Shown here: positions 55,080 to 64,000 of the stretch, one piece after another
Position numbering within the stretch: the stretch's first letter is position 1
Layout: each line of letters opens with the position of its first letter
Assembly (NCBI GenBank): GCA_965644295.1
Contig: CBFFRP010000253.1
Location: 1-64,000, forward strand
Direction of reading: 5' to 3'
Length of the DNA: 64,000 nt
From: Paraphysomonas bandaiensis
Lineage: Eukaryota > Protista > Chrysophyceae
Translations under genes and position numbers: made by a program
Notes under the pieces: generated by a model
What the model was told of the DNA's origin: nothing
What the model saw: the letters and a program-made list of their open reading frames with translations, nothing else
Databases searched by the model: none

Positions 55080-58000
55080 TCAGCCTATACTAAACAGATT
55101 TCTAAGTGTGTTACTCACAACGTTGTTAACATCAGCCCTAGATACCATTCTAGTCAATCGCATGAGATCTATCCTTTTGACCACAACACCATGTCTTTCA
55201 TACAAGTACTGGTCCCTTGCTTCACAAAATCGTCTCTTTCGTGGGTGTCTGTGGGTGGGACCATCGATTTCAATGTTGACGATTGCACCCGACTCCATTT
55301 GCAATACACAATCTGCTTCAAAACCATGTAATAGTCGATTTCTCATACAATGTGCGCCCGGAAGGCGGGCCGTTACTTGAGCGTCAATTGCATCTAGGAA
55401 CTGTGTTTCCACGGAAGTGCTACACATAGGAGCTGGAGTAGTTTCATCAGCGAGATGCACATGTCCGTGTAGGTATCTCTCCAGTTTATTCAATCTCTTG
55501 TCAACATCACTTGGAAGTCCAGCGACCTGGTGTCTGAAGAGAACTACGGTCCGCCAGAGGTTCACGGTCCACCCTCCTGATTCAACTACTCTTTCAGCTT
55601 GTGTCAACACCTCATCGAGAATATCTTTGACTTCCCTGTTAGCGGGATCCATCCCTTGCAGCCCATAGAGACAGAGGCCCGCACCCAAAGGAGAGAGTGA
55701 ACATTGTTGCATTCGAACAGTGAGCGCTGTAAGAACCTTTCGCACCTCCACATGCTCACTGGACATACTCTGCAGACCGTACAGACAATTGCTTACATTT
55801 TGGTCACTGAAAGTCTCTGGACATGTTTCTATCCTTTTAGATATTTCCTCAAGCAAATTTCGCACTTCAATTTGTTTACATGACATGTTTTGAAGTCCGT
55901 ATAATGCCATCGTCAACCCCTGTGGTCGCAATGTCTCTGAGGATGCAGACAAACTGGTTGCCAACGTCGCAAGAAGTCCACGTACATCGGCATGAGCGCT
56001 GGACATTCCCTGGAGACCATAAAGTGCGTTTGCCACTGCAAGAGCACCCATCGGCTCTGCGATACGGTCCACAATAGCTAACCGTAAAACAGAAACTAGA
56101 TTTAGAACTTCTACATGATCACTTGACATACTCTGCAGACCGTAAATAGCGTACCCTGTGTTTTTCCCACTTGGAGGTTCAGAGCACTCCGCTATTTTTA
56201 CGCTTAAGGCAGACAGCAAACTACGGCACTCAGGCCATTCCGCTGACATACCCTGAAGCCCAAACAAGGCACGACACACTTGAAGGCCGGTGAATACTTC
56301 CTCACATATATCAACTTTTGTCGTAAGAATTGATAGCAGAGCTCGAACACTGGAGTGATCACATGTCATATTTTGCAGACTATTGAGACAGTCGCAGATA
56401 AGTTTCCCACGGAATTGATAATCACTGCGACTCAAGAGCCCCACCACGGAGCGCAAAAGTGAACACACTTCAGGATGACGAGTTGACATCCGCTGTAGTC
56501 CGTATAATGTTCGTGCGGCATCACTTGATGTCAGAGTCCCCTCACATTTCATTGTTTGTTGAGCTAGCACAGCCAACAACCCTCTCACTTCAGGTTCATC
56601 ACTACTCATATTCTGTAGTCCGTACAACATAGTGCCCACCATCTGACCACTGAATGGCTCTGTACACTCCGATACTTTCGCAGTCAACGCTAATAATATC
56701 TTCCTTACCTCTTCATGCTCACTTGACATGTTCTTCAGTCCATAGAGAGCGCTGCTTACATTCTGTGCCTCAAGAGTATCCTTACAGTCAACAACATTAT
56801 CTGCTATCACCTTGAGTAGTTCTCTGACCTCTGTATACTCGCTGGACATATTTTGAAGACCATAAAGAGCACTGCTGATTGCCAACGCAGTCGCTTGATA
56901 ATTACTCTGTCGAATCCTTGTTGTTAACACCGACAATACATTCCTCACCTCTGGGTGTTCGCTGGACATAAGTTGCATACCATAGAGAGCATTCGCCACT
57001 GCCTGAGAGTTTATAGGTTCGTCACACCCCGAAATTTTCTTTGCCAATACCACCAAAATGCCCCTGACCTCATCGTGGTCGCTGCTCATATTTTGTAGGC
57101 CGTAGAGTGCGTTACCCACTGATTGAGAACAGAACACTTCCTCACAGGTCTCGATGCGACTCTTTAATGCGGAGAGAACGGCGCGCACCTCAGGGTGAGA
57201 ACTACACATCATCCGCATGCCGTACAGTGCGTTGCCAACTGCTTGCGCACTCAAGCTACATTGTACCTCATCCAACCGGCTAGAAAGAACATGTAGCAGT
57301 TCTCTTACCTCTGGATGATTCGCAGACATCCTCTGCATACCATAGAGAATGATTCCAACAGCCTGTTCTGTCAGCACGTCATCGCACCACTTTAACTTTA
57401 AAGCGAGAGCACTAACTAGTCTTCGCACCTCCTCGTGCTCACTAGACATTCTCTGTAGGCCATAAAGAGCATTACTGATGGCTTGGCCTCCACATATATC
57501 ACGACTGTCTTCAATTTTTCTACAAAGGGCCCGCAACAAACATCTCACCTCCTCGTGGTCACTTGACATCCCTTTCAAACCATATAAGGCATTACCCATA
57601 GTCTGCTCATCTAGCTCATTGCACTCCCCCACACGTTTGCTTAACACAACCAACAACTCCTTGACCTCAGCATGGTCACTGGACATATTCTGCAGTCCAT
57701 ATAAAGCGATACCAATGGTCCGAACTGTGAATCGTTCTGGGCATGATGCCACTTTTTCAGACAGCACCGTCAGTAATTCTCTCACCTCCACATACTCACT
57801 GGACATTCTCTGCAGTCCGTAGAGAGTATTGGCTACACCTTGCGCCGTCAAAGTCTCTTTACCAGCCGACATCTTTATCGTTAGAGCACGAAGCATCCTT
57901 CGTACCTCAATGTGATCGCTACTCATGCGCTGCATTCCATATAGAGAATTGCTTATTTCTTGGCCATAGAGAGTCCCTTTACTATTAATAACCTTATCAT

Positions 58001-58658
58001 GAAGAGCAAATAAGAGTTGTCTGACTTCAGCATGTTCACTCGACATTCTCTGTAGACCATATAAAGAGTTCCCCACTGCTCTTGAGTCGAATATATCCAC
58101 ACAACGTGTTACCTTATTAGCCAATATAACAATTAATTGTCGTACTTCTTCATAATCACTTTTCATTGAATTTAATGAAAATATCATACTTGCAATATTT
58201 CTAGATGTTAAAATATCCGTATAATTGATTAATAATAGTGATAATACGGATATATAGGATCGTACTTGTGGACTATCGCTTGACATGATCCGTAATCCAA
58301 TAAAACACATTTCAATTTGATATTTTTTTAATTTGATTGTATTTGATAGTATTGATGTGATCATATGAATATGTGAACTAGATAATGAGATTCGTAAAGT
58401 TCCACATGATTGCATGATTTGTGGGATAAGTGAGACATGATTCCGTTGAATGATGAGATCAATTAATTCATGAATGTATTTTGGATGATGATGATAATGA
58501 TGAAATAAATATTTTAATGTTTTATTATTTAATTGATTGAATTTGTTTGGATTGTATTTATGTTTAATGGATTTAGTTGTATAGTAGATGGATTGATAGT
58601 GTTGATATGATGGGAGACGTAAGAGTCTATAGGAGGGTTTATATATAAGATTATGCAT
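55080..58658 (-). CDS. Intronless helical-repeat protein (about 23 x 40-aa OPR-like repeats) with a C-terminal RAP domain; putative organelle-targeted RNA-binding or processing factor
   Basis: Repeat consensus of about QxVGNALYGLQxMSSEHxEVRxLLxxLxxKIxxCxExL. C-terminal LHGFEADCVL...NIEIDGPTH...ARDQYLYERHGVVVKRI. Acid-free, basic and hydroxylated N-terminus. Confidence 0.88.
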   Translation of the reverse strand: MHNLIYKPSYRLLRLPSYQHYQSIYYTTKSIKHKYNPNKFNQLNNKTLKYLFHHYHHHPKYIHELIDLIIQRNHVSLIPQIMQSCGTLRISLSSSHIHMITSILSNTIKLKKYQIEMCFIGLRIMSSDSPQVRSYISVLSLLLINYTDILTSRNIASMIFSLNSMKSDYEEVRQLIVILANKVTRCVDIFDSRAVGNSLYGLQRMSSEHAEVRQLLFALHDKVINSKGTLYGQEISNSLYGMQRMSSDHIEVRRMLRALTIKMSAGKETLTAQGVANTLYGLQRMSSEYVEVRELLTVLSEKVASCPERFTVRTIGIALYGLQNMSSDHAEVKELLVVLSKRVGECNELDEQTMGNALYGLKGMSSDHEEVRCLLRALCRKIEDSRDICGGQAISNALYGLQRMSSEHEEVRRLVSALALKLKWCDDVLTEQAVGIILYGMQRMSANHPEVRELLHVLSSRLDEVQCSLSAQAVGNALYGMRMMCSSHPEVRAVLSALKSRIETCEEVFCSQSVGNALYGLQNMSSDHDEVRGILVVLAKKISGCDEPINSQAVANALYGMQLMSSEHPEVRNVLSVLTTRIRQSNYQATALAISSALYGLQNMSSEYTEVRELLKVIADNVVDCKDTLEAQNVSSALYGLKNMSSEHEEVRKILLALTAKVSECTEPFSGQMVGTMLYGLQNMSSDEPEVRGLLAVLAQQTMKCEGTLTSSDAARTLYGLQRMSTRHPEVCSLLRSVVGLLSRSDYQFRGKLICDCLNSLQNMTCDHSSVRALLSILTTKVDICEEVFTGLQVCRALFGLQGMSAEWPECRSLLSALSVKIAECSEPPSGKNTGYAIYGLQSMSSDHVEVLNLVSVLRLAIVDRIAEPMGALAVANALYGLQGMSSAHADVRGLLATLATSLSASSETLRPQGLTMALYGLQNMSCKQIEVRNLLEEISKRIETCPETFSDQNVSNCLYGLQSMSSEHVEVRKVLTALTVRMQQCSLSPLGAGLCLYGLQGMDPANREVKDILDEVLTQAERVVESGGWTVNLWRTVVLFRHQVAGLPSDVDKRLNKLERYLHGHVHLADETTPAPMCSTSVETQFLDAIDAQVTARLPGAHCMRNRLLHGFEADCVLQMESGAIVNIEIDGPTHRHPRKRRFCEARDQYLYERHGVVVKRIDLMRLTRMVSRADVNNVVSNTLRNLFSIG

Positions 58659-58879
58659 AGATTAGAAGTGAGATGAATGAAGTGAGATGAATGAAGTGAG
58701 CATGAGAGTAGGGTACACTGTACTGTATTGTATGGATAGTGGAGGGTGAGAAGATGGAAGGATGGAAGACTTCATTGATGTGGAGAGATCAGTGAAGTGG
58801 ACATGTACATGTACTGCAGGCCTCATATCCACTCCACTCCCATACTATATACATGGAATACAGTACTGTACTGCATAGG

Positions 58880-58951
58880 TACATACATACACACATACAT
58901 ACATACATACATACACACATACATACATACATACATACATACATACATACA

Positions 58952-58983
<32 letters not shown>
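58880..58983. repeat. (CATA)n microsatellite between divergent genes
   Basis: Read directly. Confidence 0.95.
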
Positions 58984-58984
<1 letters not shown>

Positions 58985-59105
58985 GCACATATGGGTATAT
59001 GGTCGTCCTATCTATCTATAGTTAGTGTTTGTATCGTTGCTTCAGGGTCTCGATCTCAGTACAGTCACTCCATCTACTCTCTCCATACATAACACATATA
59101 ATCCC

Positions 59106-59654
59106 ATGGAAAAAAAATCTGATTACTGGGAAGTATCATTCTTACAGTCCATTCTAGGTGTCTCTCGACTGGAGAAGGATATCTTGAATCAAGTTAAGAG
59201 TGATTATCCCAAATACCATCCATCAACATCTGAAATTGAATTCAGTAAGAAATCATGTGAATATCGTGTGAATCAAGCATTAAAAGGTATTGGTATGGGA
59301 GCTGGATTGGGTCTATTGATATCAGCTACGGCTATGAGACGCAAGAGGTTGGGTGCACACTTAGCTTTGAATTTTATGTTCCAAAATATAGGGTACATTG
59401 TCTCAATTCGTGAAGCGGTTTATAAATCTTTAGATGATTGGGTTACATTTGATAAGAATGCGATCTTCAATGGTGATACTTTAGAATACATTCAACTTGG
59501 CCCAGAGAAATCGGAATTCAGCTTCATGGCTGAGTACTTCAGACGAAAGAGATGTACATTACATGGTGGTGCGTCAGCAATAATCGCACCATATTGCAAG
59601 AATGAAACTGAGTTGAATGAAATATACATAGCCAAATTTGATAATGATTATTAG
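59106..59654 (+). CDS. Hypothetical 182-aa protein with a central Gly-rich hydrophobic segment
   Basis: Open frame from ATG 59106 with normal amino-acid composition; GIGMGAGLGLLISA followed by a basic patch. No family recognised. Confidence 0.55.
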   Translation: MEKKSDYWEVSFLQSILGVSRLEKDILNQVKSDYPKYHPSTSEIEFSKKSCEYRVNQALKGIGMGAGLGLLISATAMRRKRLGAHLALNFMFQNIGYIVSIREAVYKSLDDWVTFDKNAIFNGDTLEYIQLGPEKSEFSFMAEYFRRKRCTLHGGASAIIAPYCKNETELNEIYIAKFDNDY

Positions 59655-60106
59655 GGCTAGTGGGGTAAAGTTAACGTCTTATTCTTTGAAATTCAGATTG
59701 TTGTTCAGCTGGACCCAAGCAATATATATACAATATACACAAAGATAATGCGCATAAATTTTGATAGTATTAGCGTACCATCCTATTTGACATGAGTATG
59801 TGTTGATTCTGGCAGCTACTTACTTATAGTTATACCCTCAGGTTCAAGCAAGAATCCACATTCCTCATAAAAAGAACTTACAATTAGATGGAGCTTTAGT
59901 TACGTCGGTATTGCTAGCTAGATTTCTAGTATATAATCTTACTGCCTATCAGAGGGATTACATCTTTTCAAAACTGGTGGCTAATGGTAATATTGTACGT
60001 TATTTACTTTGTTAGAGATAATAATTACTGGAAAATGTAAAACTTATATTACAGCTTGATGGGTATATCGTAAGGTTGCTTGCACCAATACGGCACAGCT
60101 TTACCA

Positions 60107-61046
60107 TCACTCTATCACTTCAACTCGGGGTGTACTATCTTCATCCATCTGTTTCTGCTCGACTCCTTGCACTGCCTCTGCTAACTCTCGTTTGTACTTT
60201 TCCTCCCTGTCAGCAGCAGCTGCCACTCTCCTCTGGTGTCTAGCTCGCAGCTCCGCTGGTATATCTTGACACCATACAAGTTCCGCATCACCTTCTCCAC
60301 CACCTATACCACAAGCAACATACTGTTAACACACCTACTGTATACAAACCAGCACAGAATACCTGTGGACAGTGACTGCGAGAAAACATCCAATAGTGCC
60401 TTCAAAACTTCGCTGGATAAACCTGCTGTAAGATCCGAGGGCTCAGAGAGACGGGGGAGAATGACAGACCACATTCGTGTCGCTATAAGATACTTTCTAC
60501 CAAAACTTTTTGACGCTTTCAGTACGCTGGCATCAGCCTTTTCCTTCATATACAAAGCTGCCTTGTACCTCGCTATCTCATCAAGCCTATCTACTGACGA
60601 AGAGCTCTCGTCCTGTGGATATTGCTGTCCCCACTCCACTGGATCTAGAAGAGTGAAGTTGTTGATTTCTTTTAAAATAAGTCTACAGTAACGAATATCA
60701 GTATATCGCTATAAGGAGTAACTATAAGTATAGATATATGTATATCTATGACCTCACATATACATATATATGCCTATATAGGGATAGATATATATGTAAG
60801 TTCATGCAATGTACACATATACAAGTCTATCTGTACATGTCAACACCAGTACCTTGCAGCAGCAATCACTTCTTGTGCACTCACAGTAGCAGTAGCAGTA
60901 GCAGTGTGCTCGTCTCCTGTCTGTATCTGTGCTAAGTACTGTGATATCATATTCTTAACCGCTGCATCGATCTTCGGTTGATCTTCTATAAACTCCTTAC
61001 AATACGACTCCAGTACAGCACTACCGGATAAATCGGTATGAGACAT
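60107..61046 (-). CDS. Hypothetical protein, 3 exons, charged helical C-terminus
   Basis: MSHTDLSG...VIAAAR | LILKEINNFTLLDPVEWG...VFSQSLST | GGGEGDAELVWCQDIPAELRARHQRR...VEVIE*, joined by GT-AG introns. Confidence 0.65.
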
Positions 61047-61193
61047 ATTGTGTGTTATGTTTGATATAATGAGAGGAATAGAATGCGAGTACCACTCCAC
61101 TGGAATAGTCCACACTCCTCACTTCTTCTATACCTATACTACAGCAGTATACACTATACTAGGAACCTACAGAACAGGTACTAGGAAACATGC

Positions 61194-61661
61194 ACATACA
61201 TACATACATACATACATACATACATACATACATACATACATACATACATACATACATACATACATACATACATACATACATACATACATACATACATACA
61301 TACATACATACATACATACATACATACATACATACATACATACATACATACATACATACATACATACATACATACATACATACATACATACATACATACA
61401 TACATACATACATACATACATACATACATACATACATACATACATACATACATACATACATACATACATACATACATACATACATACATACATACATACA
61501 TACATACATACATACATACATACATACATACATACATACATACATACATACATACATACATACATACATACATACATACATACATACATACATACATACA
61601 TACATACATACATACATACATACATACATACATACATACATACATACATACATACATACAT
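61194..61661. repeat. Pure (CATA)n microsatellite between divergent genes
   Basis: Read directly; about 117 units. Confidence 0.98.
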
Positions 61662-61768
61662 CCTCTATGGTGTGCGTGTATATTATTGCTGCAGCGCTCC
61701 TAACTACACTCTTATTATTCTATTCACATTACTTCTAACTCACACTAATCAAACAACATCTAATACCT

Positions 61769-62504
61769 ATGGATTCTTGTTTCGGCCTTGTTGGTGACGG
61801 GTACGTATTCCTAATCTCCTCTGTCCAATCCGTTTAACCCTTTAACTGTATTAGATTTGCTATACTAGCAGCAGATGCCTCTGCCGGAAGATCAATACTT
61901 GTATTCAAACATGATGTCGACAAGGTATATCAGAATATATTAATATATTATTGTTTTTTAATGGATGTATGTTTAGATTATGGAATTAGACAGTCATAAG
62001 CTATTAGTGGGGTCGGGTACCCCCGCAGATACTGTTAATTTCAATGAATTTATTCAGAAAAATATGAAACTTTATGAACTCAACAATGATCTTCAGCTTA
62101 CTACTCATGCAGCTGCAAATTTCACCAGAGGAGAGGTAAGAATTTCTTGTAATTTATGCGTAGGCTGTGGTTGATGATGTCTACAGCTTGCTAAAGCCTT
62201 GCGAAAGGGTCCTTATCAGACTAATCTTTTGCTCGCGGGACATGACTCACAGAATGGGGTGTCATTATACTTCATTGATTATCTAGCATCTCTTGCTAAA
62301 GTAAACTTCGGTGCACAGGGATATGCCTCCAATTTTGTCCTATCAGTTTTCGATCGGGAATGGCGTGAGGGTATGACACTTGAGGAGGGGCTCGAAGTCA
62401 TTAAGAAGTGCATCCATGAGCTTCACACAAGATTCTTAATATCCCAACCAGTGTTTGTAGTCAAGGTTGTTGATAGTGAGGGCACGCGCACTGTACAACT
62501 GTAG
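61769..62504 (+). CDS. PSMB2: 20S proteasome subunit beta type-2 (beta4 / PRE1), 4 exons
   Basis: MDSCFGLVGDG|FAILAADASAGRSILVFKHDVDK|IMELDSHKLL...DTVNFNEFIQKNMKLY...AAANFTRGE|LAKALRKGPYQTNLLLAG...FIDYLASL. Confidence 0.95.
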
Positions 62505-62990
62505 GGTGCGTGTCTGATGTTTTTGGGTGGGTGATTTAGCACCATTAGATAGTATCAGCGAAGCGCTATGTTGTGCAGTTTTCGTTGTGGAACTCGAATA
62601 AATAATTTATGGTTTATATGAACATGGATTAATTTACATTTGTAATAGGTCAGTGCCCCAATATTCATGACCATTCGTAGTTCATAGTGTCTGTGTCTTT
62701 TGTCCAGCTTCCAGCTTGACTGTACGCTGTTGTACAACACTGTTGAAATTGACCTTGAAGAAGTCAGTATACCTACCGTGGCTTCCAGGTTAGTATACAA
62801 CGTAAGTGGATATTCTATATCGGCGATCTCATCGTGATATAGTGATATATATTGTCATTGTCAGCGATCATCACAACTTGGCAGTGATTTATAATTTATA
62901 ATTTATACTGCAAATGAACGCCTTCCCTTTGATGCATCATCGTCGCAAGAGCATGCTATCATTGCTCATAACTAGAAATTGATATATAAG

Positions 62991-64000
62991 TGTTACTAAG
63001 TACTAAGCCATCCTAAATTACAAGGTACATTGCCACATTATAGACTATAGACTACGCAACTGAGAAATTTTCAATAACTACCTTCTAATTCTAACAAAAT
63101 TCTAAATTATAAGCTACTATGCAAAACAACTCAGCTATACAGCTACACTAGGCTATAGGTTATTAGCTTAAAAGTCTCAGCAACGTCGAGCCAGTGGCGT
63201 TCATTTGCTCTTAGAAGAGCGAACGGCTTGTGCATTGCAATAAAGAATTGATCTTTATAATAGTAAAACAATGTTGTGATTATTAGAGTGTAAGTAATGA
63301 ACACGATAGAGTGAAAAATTATGAATAACAATATAGAACGTACTATCATGCACAACGGAATAGTTAGAAGTGTAACTGATAATGACGACGTTATGATGAC
63401 GATCACGTATCTTCGACAGATACTCTCTCTAATTCAGTTCATGGTGTATTTCATTGAACATTATAACTCACAGATACAATCATGTATTAAGCTGAATCCT
63501 AATACGCCCCCTCAATGAAATAATCAGTGAACCGTAGATAATAGAGAGAATATGAACTTATGCACACTGAGAATAAAAACCAGAGTAGCAGTCACTAGAC
63601 AATAATAAGCGAACTGCAGAGATGCCATATTGTGAGACTATCCTTCTAGTCCAGCATCATGTATTGAATAAAAGTAAAAAAAAATGGTAAAAACTCCGTG
63701 TAACTCAAACTAGCCACCTAGGTCGCTTGTGGCTTGTTAATTGTGATTTAGGTGTCTCTGAGGTTGTTGATCGCTTCCTGTTGCTGCTGGATGGGATGTC
63801 GAACCCAGCTCCCCCCATCAATGTAGTTCGCAATTGAAGAAAATTAGTTGCTCCTAGTGGTTTCGTGAGAAGATCGGCTAACATTGACGTGGTGGGAATA
63901 TGGTCAACAGTCAATTGGTTTTCGGCAATATTTTCTCGAATGAAATGATACCGTATCGCAATATGTTTCGTACGACGATGATGAGTAGGATTGTAACATA
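62991..64000 (-). mobile_element. 3' end of a Ty1/copia retrotransposon: RNase H C-terminus, polypurine tract and putative 3' LTR
   Basis: Minus strand 64000-63705 reads NPTHHRRTKHIAIRYHFIRENIAENQLTVDHIPTTSMLADLLTKPL (copia RNase H). PPT-like TTGAGGGGGCG at about 63515-63505, followed by TATTAGG. Candidate LTR end TAACA at 62991; LTR limits tentative. Confidence 0.8.

Overview
Gene-dense, intron-containing eukaryotic DNA. Most introns are short (about 48-60 nt, GT-AG). Gene content and motifs suggest a stramenopile, probably an ochrophyte or chrysophyte-like protist (inference). Recognisable genes: GCN1, LysM-TLDc (OXR1-like), a carbohydrate sulfotransferase, a TBL/PC-esterase-like SGNH protein, cohesin loader NIPBL/SCC2, RPS15, a YME1/FtsH i-AAA protease, an NPEPL1-like M17 aminopeptidase, a catalytically degenerate CysQ-like protein and proteasome subunit PSMB2, plus several unknown proteins. 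The most striking coding feature is an intronless 1192-aa protein with about 23 regular 40-aa helical repeats and a C-terminal RAP (nuclease-fold) domain, a candidate modular nucleic-acid reader. Mobile DNA includes four hAT-type elements with perfect 8-bp target-site duplications (TSDs): a near-intact 2.4-kb element nested in a small element with a 4-bp TSD, a 1.2-kb deletion derivative, and two 58/68-bp hairpin mini-elements. Copia relics are also present. Satellite DNA, mostly TATG/CATA-type, is concentrated between divergent gene starts and in promoter-proximal introns. Exon boundaries were read by eye and are approximate where stated.
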